Part shown: positions 24,126-35,606 of the stretch, piece after piece
Layout of the letters: every line of letters begins with the position of its first letter
Numbering within the stretch: position 1 is the first letter of the stretch
Assembly (NCBI GenBank): GCA_044892525.1
Contig: CM097886.1
Coordinates: forward strand, 163,668,312-163,732,311
Origin: Schmidtea polychroa
Taxonomy: Eukaryota
DNA: 64,000 nucleotides
Direction: 5' to 3'
Notes under the pieces: model-generated
What the model was told of the DNA's origin: nothing
What the model saw: only the letters and a program-made list of their open reading frames with translations
Database searches by the model: none
Program-made: the position numbers and the translations under genes

Positions 24126-25505
24126 CTATATATTTCTATAGTTTTGGTTAAATTAGTTTCAAAAATATTAAAAACAGGACAGATTAAGAGAAAATATTTA
24201 GCTGGAAAATAATTTGAAAACTTTTGAAGTGAAACAAGAAGAATCGAATTAGATTAAGAGGAATTCAAAAAATGAACATAACTATTTTCCGTAGTCTATC
24301 AAACGGTGTTAGTTGTTTAATTTTATATGTGGAAAAATAATAGTTACAATTTCTTCACAAATCATAATAATAAATAACAATTAATAAATGAAGTATATTA
24401 ACGTGTCCTTTGTATTATTAAAACAAATATAAATAATAAACATTAATTATTGAACATCACTCTCCTCCTCTTCATTTTGTTTGCATCTTTTCAACCATTC
24501 AATTCTTCTTGATTTGATTGAGTTTGGAAATTGTAATTCAACTTCTCTTGGTAATAAGAATTTTAAAATTTTGTCCCTCATATTGAATTCCCTCCTTCTT
24601 TCGTCTATGTGGTTCCAAACAAACTAATACTTCCTCTCCCACCATGAATTATCGAGTACCTCGCTTGTCTATTTCTCTTTTTTTCATTGTTGTCGCTGCT
24701 TTCTCTTAATTTGTTTTTGTTTTATTTACAATTTCTTCTCTACTTCTTTGTATGTGTCCTAATCTAGAATATAAATTAATCTTCCGACCATATACAATTT
24801 CAAAAGGTGAAATGTTTGTCGAGTTTTGTACTGTAGCATTCAAACTAAATTCAATCTTTAATAACAATTTGCACCAATTATTTTCTGTTCTAATATCTGT
24901 CAATGATGTTGTCATCATGTCCCGAACTGTTCTTATTATTCGTTCAGCTAAACCATTTGATTGATGTTTGTACGGTGAACTAAATTCTTGTTTTATGCCA
25001 AATATTTTCATCCAATCACGAAACATTGATCCTTCAAAAATTCTTCCTCTATCTGTAAGAATGCTTTCTGTTCTACCAAACCGATATATCCAATTTTTCA
25101 GAATGACATTCAAAATCGTTGATTCATCCTGTGTACTTGTTGCTGATAAATTGACCAATTTACTAAATCGATCTATTGTCGCTATCATATATTTCTTGCT
25201 TGCTTTTGTTTCCATATATGCAATATCCACTACTTTATATTCTAAAATCCTTTCTCCTATTCTTGGCAATAGGATTTCCTTTGTTCTTCCTTGATCAATC
25301 TTTCTACTAGCACTGATCTTGCATTTATTAATACATTCCGTAATACTCTGATTCATGGATGGCCAAAAGAAAAAATCTTTTAAATAACATAAGGTCTTCT
25401 TAATGCCCAGATGGCATAATTCAATATGAAAATAATTTACCAATGTTTTTACGTACGTGTCAGGTACTACAACTGCAATTTTTCCATCTGTATTAATCAT
25501 CAATA
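24126..25505 (-). mobile_element. Remnant of a different gypsy family: integrase (ORF 24706-25584), PPT and partial 3' LTR
   Basis: HIELCHLG...FFWPSM...C zinc finger; VDIAY, LTDRG and SNGLAER core. Minus-strand GAAGAGGAGGAGAG near 24460-24473 is followed by TGATGTTC. Confidence 0.8.
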
Positions 25506-25509
25506 ATAT

Positions 25510-26604
25510 AAATATATTGTAAATATATTGTGAATGGATTTCCGTATTTGGGAAAAGATGAGACGAGGCCATCAGCAATACCACTTAGTGAATTGATTGT
25601 TCTCAAACTCACTGAACCATTTATAGGGTGCGGACGAAATATAACCACTGACAATTTCTTTACTAGCACATCCTTAGCAACAAAACTTTTATCAAAAAGA
25701 ACTACTACCTTAGGAACTATTCGGGCGAATAAGAGGGAATTACCAAAACCTGCAAAAGAAAAGAAAGACAAAATGGCACGTTTTCCAACGCAGCTTTACA
25801 AATCAAATAATTGTACTCTAACAATTTACAAAAGCAAACCGAACAAAAAAGTTCTCTTACTAAGTTCGAAGCATAAATATGTAAAAATTGTAGAAACAGG
25901 TGAATGTATACCTGCAACAATTGCTTTTTATAATAACACCAAATTTGACGTCGATATGACAGATCAAATGGCTAGAAAGTACAGCCCAAAATCTAAATCT
26001 AATAGATGGCCTGTCCAGGTATTTTTCAACATTCTGGATTTAGCTGATATAAATGCTTGGATTTTATATAAGCAAACAACTGGAGAAAGGATATCACGAC
26101 AAGATTTTTTATTTCAGTTGGCAGAGGAACTTGCCACCGAATACCTCGATATACATAAACAAGAAAAAAGGAAAGTATGGCGACAACTTCAGCAGATTCT
26201 ACTACAATTTCTGAAGGACGAAAAACGTGTCAAATTGGATATTGCAAAAAAAATAAAACCATAAACATTTGTTCTACATGTAAAAAATATGTTTGTGGAA
26301 AATGTTTACTGTAAAAAGTGTGACAACGAATAAATTTTATTTTAGTTTGAATAAGTTTATGTATGTAAATTACTGAAGTAACATATAATTTTTCAGTTTC
26401 GAGTCTTCTTTCTAAAAATGTACTCCTAAAGCCCGAAAAATAAATGTTTTTTAATTATTATATGATAATTATTTTGTGTTTATTGTTTATGCTAAATTCT
26501 GTATTAATTACAATCAACTGGAAAAGACTATGTTTATTTCAAAAGCGGTCATTTGACCGCCATCGGTAGAAATAGGTATATATAATATGTCGGTAGCTTT
26601 AGTG
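25510..26604 (+). mobile_element. 3' half of a piggyBac (PGBD4-like) element; ORF 25530-26264 plus frameshifted Cys-rich tail and right end
   Basis: GRNITTDNFFTS, GTIRANK, YNNTKFDVDMTDQM, RWP...NAWILY. CQIGYC...CSTC...CGKC occurs in an alternate frame; the end ...CTTTAGTG is followed by TTAA at 26605-26608. Confidence 0.88.
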
Positions 26605-26624
26605 TTAACGAACTCCGCTTAGTG

Positions 26625-26855
26625 TACTACGGAACAAGTTGAAAAGGATAGTAGGGCGAACGGAGTCGTTCCGAGTACGGTCGGTGAATTACAGCATTTT
26701 TGGATGACAAGTGGAAGGCAGACCTTTTACAATGCTTTGATCGGGAATTCAATACTCCAAAAAGCAGGCATTTGCGCCGAGACGAGACTCGTCGGAGTCG
26801 ATCCTGAAAAGGACCCACAGGAGATCCGACCGCTATCGATCGGTCGGAATCTATA
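26625..26855 (+). pseudogene. Possible non-LTR (R2/NeSL/CRE-like) RT fragment
   Basis: Open frame ...FYNALIG...ICAETRLVGVDPEKDPQEIRPLSIGRNL* resembles the ARL...K...IRP(I/L)AIG motif of these RTs; GC-rich island. Short and unverified. Confidence 0.4.
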
Positions 26856-28006
26856 GTATGATTTTATTGTGACAGTTTCGTGCATGGATTAAGTGATAAT
26901 CTACATATTAGTTCTTGACAACTGAATGCTCTACTCTTTTGTGTGATAAAGATAAAGAAGTAACTTTGAATGGTACTAACTTAAAATATCAGCCGTATCA
27001 AGATTGTTACAATAAAATCACCAATTATTCAAAATAAAAAATAATAAAACAGCATTAATTAATGCAGAATATAAAAGCGTTTGGGTGCGGAAAAATAAAG
27101 ATATAGCATGTGGGTATTATAGGGGAGTTGTTGTAGTTATAGGAATAGATTTCTCAGAACATATGTCGGAAGAAGATTAATATTATTAAATAAATTCTAT
27201 GTAAATTTCAATTCATCTTTTGAATTTTTATTACACATTTATTTATTGGTTAAAATTCATTTGTTTGATTCAACGTATGAAAAAGTTGTTTTTATCGGTG
27301 AAAATTTCTTGTGCGTTTTTTTGAAAAATTACTCTTAGTCTTTTTAGTGAGAAAAAATTCTTTGAGTTCTTTAGTAGGGAATTTATTTTTGTGATTACTT
27401 ATTGGAAAAAGTTCTTATGATTTTTTATTGAATGAAAATTTAATTATAAAATATTAAAAAATAAACAATAATTAATAACTTCATTTAAACAAAAAATTAA
27501 AATAAAATTTACTTTATTTAAACAAATAAATAAAAACAATTTATTGGGAGGAGTCACCCAGAATCGTGATTTTCAGGGATATTTAACTAGGATTATATTA
27601 TTTGGTGGGTTACTGGTGGTTGAATGTTTATTAGTTAGTGCTGTTGCCAGCGTAACCCAAAATACAACATTGTTTTTCCACTTGGTACCCGTTGAGTAAT
27701 CAACGTTGGTACTGTACCAAGGGTTGAGTACTCGCAAAAAGTGAGCGCATCGAGGCACTATAATTGTCGAGTACTCTATGGGTTCACGGACCACCTTTAG
27801 AAGGTTTGTGTCCGATTTCGTCAGGTCCCTCATCATAATTGTTTTCCCAACCTTATGCACAAACTCTCATTTTCCAGGCAATCATAAACTATACTAGTCA
27901 TTATTTTATCACTACAAAATGTGCATTATTTTAACAAGGAACATATTATTTGAAGACTACAACAATACATAAATATAATACAAAACACCTAAAACCGAAT
28001 ATAAGT

Positions 28007-28465
28007 TCAAACAGGCTTATTGGTAGGACTGGCCAATTCCGTCGTGGTTGCTGGTGACGAATTTGCTTGCCGCTCGTATTCGGCCAGCCTAGCTTTCTTC
28101 AATTTTTCCCGAATATTTCGGCCAAGCCGTTTCCTTTTGGGCTTATTTTCAGCGGCTGGGGGATATATAGTTGCGAGGTCCACAGCCAGTGGCCGTATTT
28201 GTCTTGCTATGGCCCTTTGTACCAACTGCTCATTTTTCTCAGTTTCGAGCGCCCGCACCTGTAGCTTCAGGGCGCGGATCTCCATTTGGTCCTGAGCGGC
28301 CTGCGTTTGCAGCTGGAGGATCTGGGCTGTTTTCTTCTTCATAGCTTCGGGACTAAACCAGGTCCCCTCGAGCTTGCGACATTTTACTTTCAATTTGTCC
28401 ACCCGGACCCGGAGTTCGTCGGCTTGGTGTTGGGCCTGCTCCCGATCCTTGCGTAGACTTTCCAT
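28007..28465 (-). CDS. LTR-encoded ORF-A: 152-aa coiled-coil protein with a basic tail (KPKRKR); function unknown
   Basis: Intact GC-rich ORF inside an AT-rich LTR; has a diverged homolog at 7660-8073. TTTTAG acceptor-like site about 12 nt upstream of the ATG. Confidence 0.7.
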   Translation of the reverse strand: MESLRKDREQAQHQADELRVRVDKLKVKCRKLEGTWFSPEAMKKKTAQILQLQTQAAQDQMEIRALKLQVRALETEKNEQLVQRAIARQIRPLAVDLATIYPPAAENKPKRKRLGRNIREKLKKARLAEYERQANSSPATTTELASPTNKPV

Positions 28466-28836
28466 TAATTTATACACTAAAATGTAAAGAATTTTATTTA
28501 TTTTATACAACAACAAAAAAAATTGGAGTAACAAATGGTAGATTGATTAATCGGTGCTGGTATTTTGCCACTGAGATGCTGTTGTACTTGCTATCTCTAC
28601 CGCGATTAAAAGGAAACGCTACATACGATAATACCCTAGCCTATTTCCATTGTTAATTAAGACCCACTCAAGGAATAGAAGTTTATTATTCAACAACAAA
28701 CGCTAATCATTAATTAAGACATATTCAATGAATAAAAGCTTATTATTTAACAACAAACATTAGTCAAGTTCGATTATCAAGTACGCTACCAACAATAAAT
28801 GAAAATTATTAGAGTAAGTCATATGTCAGCTTGCAA

Positions 28837-29202
28837 TCACGACTGGCGTTTGCGGGGTCTCCCTCTTTTCCGTGGGGATGCCTCGGCCTCTTCTAGCTCT
28901 TCCACGGGCACTCCTTCTCTTTCTGCCCGGATTTGCAACTCGATCTTCTTGAGTCGCATATGAGCGGCTTCCACATCCCAGGCCGCTTGATCTCGGGCCT
29001 CCTGCAACCGGTTATTCTTCGGCTCCACCTTCACCCACGCCGGGGCATCTGCTTCGGGGCCCACCCGGATTACTCGTTCTGCACAATCCAGGTCCCGCCC
29101 CTGACCCCACCGATGTATATGGTACCAGATGTACCGGGTCCGGAGCCGGGTGACCGTCTGCTGGTCAGTACCCTCGTCGTTGCTAACGCTGGATTGAGAC
29201 AT
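28837..29202 (-). CDS. LTR-encoded ORF-B: 121 aa ending in an AT-hook/NLS-like SPRKRGRPRKRQS
   Basis: GC-rich codon block starts at the ATG at 29202, preceded by TTACATTACAG|GC. RGRP is the AT-hook core. Confidence 0.62.
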   Translation of the reverse strand: MSQSSVSNDEGTDQQTVTRLRTRYIWYHIHRWGQGRDLDCAERVIRVGPEADAPAWVKVEPKNNRLQEARDQAAWDVEAAHMRLKKIELQIRAEREGVPVEELEEAEASPRKRGRPRKRQS

Positions 29203-30854
29203 GCCTGTAATGTAAATGTTACAATTTTTATACGGCCAAAGTAACTTATCGAACGGAGCTAAGATACCATGTACCAGGTTATTTAGACTTAATTTACATA
29301 TTAATTCATTTATCAGATTATTACAAGTAGGGGAAATAAGTAACTTAACATTTTGATTTAAATTTATCAATACACCCTTTTACTTTACAACTCATGATTT
29401 ATTAGAATTAACAAACATTCTTCAATCTTAATCTTCCTTGTTTTATCACAGCAATTATCATCAAGGTTAAATAATAATTTTTAAATTATGGTTTTTGTCA
29501 ATATTGATATAGTAAGGTAAATAAGGTAAATTCAAGTACGTAATTTTTATCTTATAAGCTTTTTAATACTAATTTAAGTAATATTAGTTTCTGGTCGAAT
29601 TTTCGAATTAATTACTATCGGTCAATAAACTATTATGGCCCCCAGATGAACAAGGATAGCTTGGCGATTCTAGTGAGGGAATCCAGAAATTCCCATGGTA
29701 AGTGAGACTTCTATAATTTAATACGGTACTAAGTTTTGCTTATTCTGAGGGCAGTTCTACCCACCAATTTCTCCTTATTGGACAAGGCTCACTCACTGAG
29801 CGATATAGGAAATGCAAGTGGCCTCCAAACGTCAGTATACAAAGCATTATGTAAAACATCGAACTAGGCGTGAAACGTGAAGGTCGAGGTCCGGAAAAAA
29901 TCCAAGGTTTCCAACTCTAGGAAATGCATCTCCTCAGGATGATTCTGAAGTCGAGCTCTAAAACTTTGGTATAATTGCGATGCAGAGTGGACTTATGTAA
30001 TTTATTTGATCCACAATCATATGTTTGGAATTTTGTATCTTGTTTTTGATTTGCATATGAATTTTTACCTTCCGGGTAAGTTGGTGAACTATGTTAAATT
30101 TAATGTGGATTTTCGCACTTGCCTTAATTTGAATATGAATTGAATCCTTAATAAGTTATTTTACGTTTAATTTGGAATTTGGTATTTTACTTTGACTCGA
30201 ATACGAGTTTAATCCTCCGGGTAGGTAAATCGAATCATTTTTAATTGGGAATTTTGTATTTTGCTTTGATGTGTATATGAATTTAATCCTTCTGGTGAAC
30301 TAATAAATTATTTTAGCGGGGTGCTTCAATTAATCATATTTATTTTGTCATTCCAACGGCTGTGACCAAGATACCCCAAGGGTGATTTATATTTATTATT
30401 CTTTGAATCTCTATGCCCACACATATACACGTATGTATAGATGTCTGCCTACACACCCACGCAATATCTGCATATATACATGCGCGTACCTATATATAAT
30501 TTAAACTAATACTCTGACGCCGTCTACCTGGGGGGGGGGGTGTTGCTAAAAATAGATTTTAGTGATTTTCCGGGATTTTATTGGTAGATAAGGTTGGGTA
30601 GTTAAATTTAGCAATAGGGGAATTCCAAAGTCAATAATTTGGCTTTAAATTTTATTTTCGGAAGAAATAAGGGAAATTATTTTAATGATATAGGATTACC
30701 AATGAGATCAACAATCATCATGATATTAATAGGTTTAGCAAGGATGACACTAGTAGATAAGACGATGGAAATGATAATAATAATATTAATAGTATTAATA
30801 ATAATAATAATCATGCCAGTATTACATATGGTAATAAGACTAATAATACTCACA

Positions 30855-31154
30855 NNNNNNNNNNNNNNNNNNNNNNNNNNNNNNNNNNNNNNNNNNNNNN
30901 NNNNNNNNNNNNNNNNNNNNNNNNNNNNNNNNNNNNNNNNNNNNNNNNNNNNNNNNNNNNNNNNNNNNNNNNNNNNNNNNNNNNNNNNNNNNNNNNNNNN
31001 NNNNNNNNNNNNNNNNNNNNNNNNNNNNNNNNNNNNNNNNNNNNNNNNNNNNNNNNNNNNNNNNNNNNNNNNNNNNNNNNNNNNNNNNNNNNNNNNNNNN
31101 NNNNNNNNNNNNNNNNNNNNNNNNNNNNNNNNNNNNNNNNNNNNNNNNNNNNNN
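30855..31154. other. Assembly gap (N run) within the microsatellite region of the solo LTR
   Basis: N run flanked by AAT-rich repeats. Confidence 0.99.
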
Positions 31155-34100
31155 GTATAATAGTAATAATGATAATAACAGTAGTAATAGTAAGAAGAAT
31201 AATAGGGTTAATAATAATAATACTAGTAGTATAAGTTTACATTCTATCATTCGAAGTTTGTATTTCCCATTTTAGAGAGTCTGTTTTATGGTTTGGAAAG
31301 TTACTTTTGGTAATTTATAAATTCCCATTTACAAATTTATACTTTGTGATTTCTAATTATATATATTATCGTTCATAATTTAATAATTTACGACTTGATA
31401 TTTTGTATTTTATATTTTATAACATATAAGTTTATGTTATATAATTTAGGGATTTAGAATTTATAATGTATAGTTATATTGTTGTAGTTTATAATTTTAT
31501 ATTTAATAATTCACGATTTCAGGTTTTATACTTTCGGATTTTATATTTTATAAATTGTAATTTTATACTTTATGATTTATGAATTTCTACACGATTTTTT
31601 ATAAGTCACTTTTGTGGGATCATCATAGTTTTCTAGAATGTTTTCAGGTTTGTTGGTAGCTATTCATTAACTATATTCCTGGAGTTCCACATTTATGTAT
31701 AATTAGTTCAAAGAAAATTTCCTATACCCAAAACCTATAATTCCTAATCGGGATTTTCCATTATTGATTTACATCGATATAATTATCTCTAAGATCTTAC
31801 AATATAAAATGGGAACTAAGTATTTACAAATAATTTAAAGTGGGAATTGGATCTAAAATCCCTACATTTACTTTGAATCAAGATATCTAGATTAATTTGT
31901 ACCTGTACATATGCCGAATGACTCTTTTACTTCCATTACTTTATCCACAATTCTATTACAAATACGAAATTTAGTTCGGCATACGTCTAGGTACAATTGA
32001 AATTACCAATTGGATCAACTAGCTACATTAATGTGAGTGCAGATTTGTGTCATTTTAGGTACGAGTTTTACTCAATTTAGAACCTTAGTGTAGATTCATT
32101 GTTCGTGATTTTGAATGTGGATTTTACATATGTATTAACTAAAAGTCGGGAAGAATATTGCTTCCATGGCCCCACTGTGACCACTTCCACAAACCTTAGT
32201 GTTGTGTGCTAAGTCAACCATGTACGGCTGACCTTAAATAGGTACGAAGAGTCAGACGGAGGGTTTCCTCGACCTAACTCCGTGGCAGAACCACGAAGTA
32301 GTTCGACCTCCGAAGGACCCGAACAAACGAAATCGTATAGTATCGATCAATATAGTACGAATAATGCATGTTGGTAGGTGGCATAAAAATTTTATTCGAT
32401 ATCCTCAAATGCAGGACGGAATAGCGACGCACAGTGACGCCGCTGATCAGTCATATTTTTCTAAATAACAACGAATTTAGTAAGAATAATTTAATTATAG
32501 AATGGTATTCATTAAAATAGTTACATACATGGTTAACATAAAAACAATGCAATCAAAAAAAAATACCTACTATCAGTTTCCTTCAAAATTTGGTCAACAA
32601 AAAATTTTGGCATAAATGACTAAATCATGTCCGAAACGTGTCGGTATATATACCTATTTTGTACACGTGTATGTATTGATACAGTAAAACAAACTCGAAT
32701 TCTTTTTATTCCAGAATTTTCTATTTTACGATTTTGCTATTTTTAATGGCGATTTTTGTGCCATAATTTTTGTTTTTATTTTTATATTTTTATTTTTTAA
32801 TTATTTTTCGTTAATTTGCCGTCCATGATGGATTTGGAACGGTTCCAGAACATTCTATTTTATTTTTAATACAATTTTTATTTTAACTGATGTTTTATGA
32901 ATTTCTTTTTAAGATTTTTTTTTATTTTTAATACTAATTTATTTATTTTCTCTAACTTTTATTGTTCTAAATGGGTTTTGTGATGGTCATCGCCATTTTT
33001 ATGGAATGTTCTGGGTTTTTCTGGAATTTTTTACTGTTTTTACTGTCTTTTAGGTTATTCGAGTCTGTTTTTGTTTATCTGTGTTTATTTGGTTATTTTC
33101 AAGTTCTATTTTGCATAACCTCTTGCTTTTGGTATAATTTTATTTAATTTCTGTGTTTAGGTTTTTGTTGTTTCTTCCTTTAACTACTATTGTTTATTTG
33201 GTGTAGTTTTAATATTTAGCTATACTTCTTGCTTTTGCATGTTGGTCATAATTAGAAGTTTGGGTCTAGAAATCAGTTCTAGCCCAACATATTCATGTTC
33301 CAATACTTATTTGTGTTTCTATTTTATTTTTTTTCATCAAAATTATTTTTCTTTCTCTTTATTGTATTTGCAAATAATTTATGATGGTTGTCCATAATTT
33401 TTGTCTTTATTTCAAACAGTTGTGTTTATTTTTCAATATATAAATTTATTATACATGATTCACTTACTGTCTATAATATGTAAAACATTTTTAACTTGAA
33501 TATCCAGAATTAAATAACCAAGAGGGGTAAGAAACATGTTATTTTACCTCTGACATGGCATCTCATTTAAATTGTTTAAACCTAAAATTACAGGGGCCAG
33601 GTTAAACAGTAAATATTATACTAGAATTAGTGCTTTCTTTCAAAAGACATTTGGAGTTATGTGCAACAGACATGAAAAATGGTAACCAAATTCATTTTGA
33701 AACATACAAAATTATAGAGAAGCAAAGGCAAACTTCAATTGATACAAAGTTCTTTGAAACAACTATAAAATAAATGGAAAATTCTTTAGAAATCGGTTTA
33801 ATTATTTCAAAACTGAAAAGACAACGTTTAAATTTAAAAATATGAAATAACAATTAATAAAAATTACAAATTTATTAACTAAAAAGTAATACTTTGTAAT
33901 ATTGTCAGTGGGCGGTGATTTGGAATAGATGTGATACTGATATTTGGAAGAACAATTGCCTGAGAAGAAACAAAGTAAACAATAGGTTTATCTATAACTG
34001 TAAAGGTTTTAGAATTGATTACGACACAACACGTTACTAATTGAGGTGCAGGATTCGATAAAGAATCTTGAGCTAAAAGTTTCTCCGATTAATCTTCGAA

Positions 34101-34699
34101 GGAATTTGCCTTGAGTAAAAATTGATCTTTTGTCTTAGGATCCTTTGACCTCCAAATTACTTTCTCGTGTTAGATTTCTTTTTCTTTAGCTTTGTAATTG
34201 TAATTTTTAATTCAATCACTTTCCCAGGTTATATTTCTTTTCCTTTAGCTTTGTATTTGTAATTTTTAATTCTTTTCTTATTGATTTTTTTATATTTGTA
34301 ATTTCTCTATAGTAAATTATTAGTATAGAGAATTATTTTATATAGTTCCTTTTATTGGTCTACTAAAAATACGTCCTAGATGAAAATTACGATTGCAAAT
34401 CGTAATTACAATTAAAAAATTAAAGTCAAAAACTCGTTGAATTGTGTTCTGATCTCGAATTCTTATGTTTTAAATGTTTTTAAATAATTTTTTGTATATT
34501 GTATGTATTGATTGTTGTGGTTAAATTAAATAATTAATAAATTATTAAATTAAATTCTAAATGTTAAAATTTTAAAAATAAAATATTATTTTAATTATAA
34601 TTTTTAAAAATAATGAAATGTTTTTATTAAAATTTTTTTTATATAATTAATAAAATTAATAAATTTGTTTAAAATCCTTAATTTATATAGTTATTTTAT

Positions 34700-34801
34700 C
34701 CTACCTTATGATGACAAAAAAACTGTCGAAATATATCGTGAAAAGAATGCTTGATTGGCGTTTTCTTACAATTAAATCATTGCCATGTATAACTATTTAT
34801 T

Positions 34802-34884
<83 letters not shown>

Positions 34885-35330
34885 CAATAGAATGATAATT
34901 TAAGACTTTTGCTGCAAATAATGTATTTAATGAAAGAATTTTCGACTGTAAGATAGTCCTTGTCAATCTCCAAATAATTTTTTTTGAGGAGATTGACAAG
35001 GACTATCTTATAGTCGAAAATTCTTTCATTAAATACATTATTTGCAGCTAAAGGCTTAATTTATCATTTTTTTGTTTTAAATAATAAATGCTGCNNNNNN
35101 NNNNNNNNNNNNNNNNNNNNNNNNNNNNNNNNNNNNNNNNNNNNNNNNNNNNNNNNNNNNNNNNNNNNNNNNNNNNNNNNNNNNNNNNNNNNNNNNNNNN
35201 NNNNNNNNNNNNNNNNNNNNNNNNNNNNNNNNNNNNAAACAAAGATGATAACAATTTAATTATAAAGTGCCACTTAAACATTTGCTTTACGATATATTTC
35301 AACTGTCTCCGTGTCATCGTCAAATAGAAT
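34700..35330. repeat. Fold-back (palindromic) element with an (AAT)n microsatellite; contains N gap 35095-35236
   Basis: Near-perfect stem about 34905-34971 / 34987-35052 with a 15-nt loop. Diverged outer arms at about 34705-34795 and 35240-35325. Confidence 0.7.
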
Positions 35331-35606
35331 AGGACAACAAAACAAAATTTACAAATTTTACCGATATATTTAATTAAATGGTTTCACATTTTGTCACTTA
35401 TCATTCTCAGTCAAATTAAAGTTAGCAAAAAAACTTTATTACGTTTATTCATGCGTATTTAATAACGTTACACGGTTACGTTCTTTAAGGCAGAATTTAT
35501 ACAATAGCTGTAATAAATACCTTTGGAATTAATTCAAAACTAAAGTTATACCTTAAGTGGAAGATTCGTCAGAGAATGCGAAAAAGTACATTAATCAGCG
35601 AACATT

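Larger units (their letters stand above)
27603..33289 (-). mobile_element. 5.7-kb solo LTR of a subfamily related to the giant element
   Basis: 33261-33289 is the reverse complement of the LTR start TGTTGGGCTAGAACTGATTTCTA; 27603 TGGTGGGTTACT is the reverse complement of the LTR end. TATT flanks both sides (27599-27602, 33290-33293). Internal homology blocks lie near 29.9k, 30.55k, 32.2k and 32.7k. Confidence 0.93.

Noticed and set aside
26820-26855. Helitron 3' end (CCGACCG...CGGTCGG hairpin followed by CTATAG)
   Set aside because: The terminus is not CTRR, no 5' TC end was found, and the segment reads better as an RT fragment.
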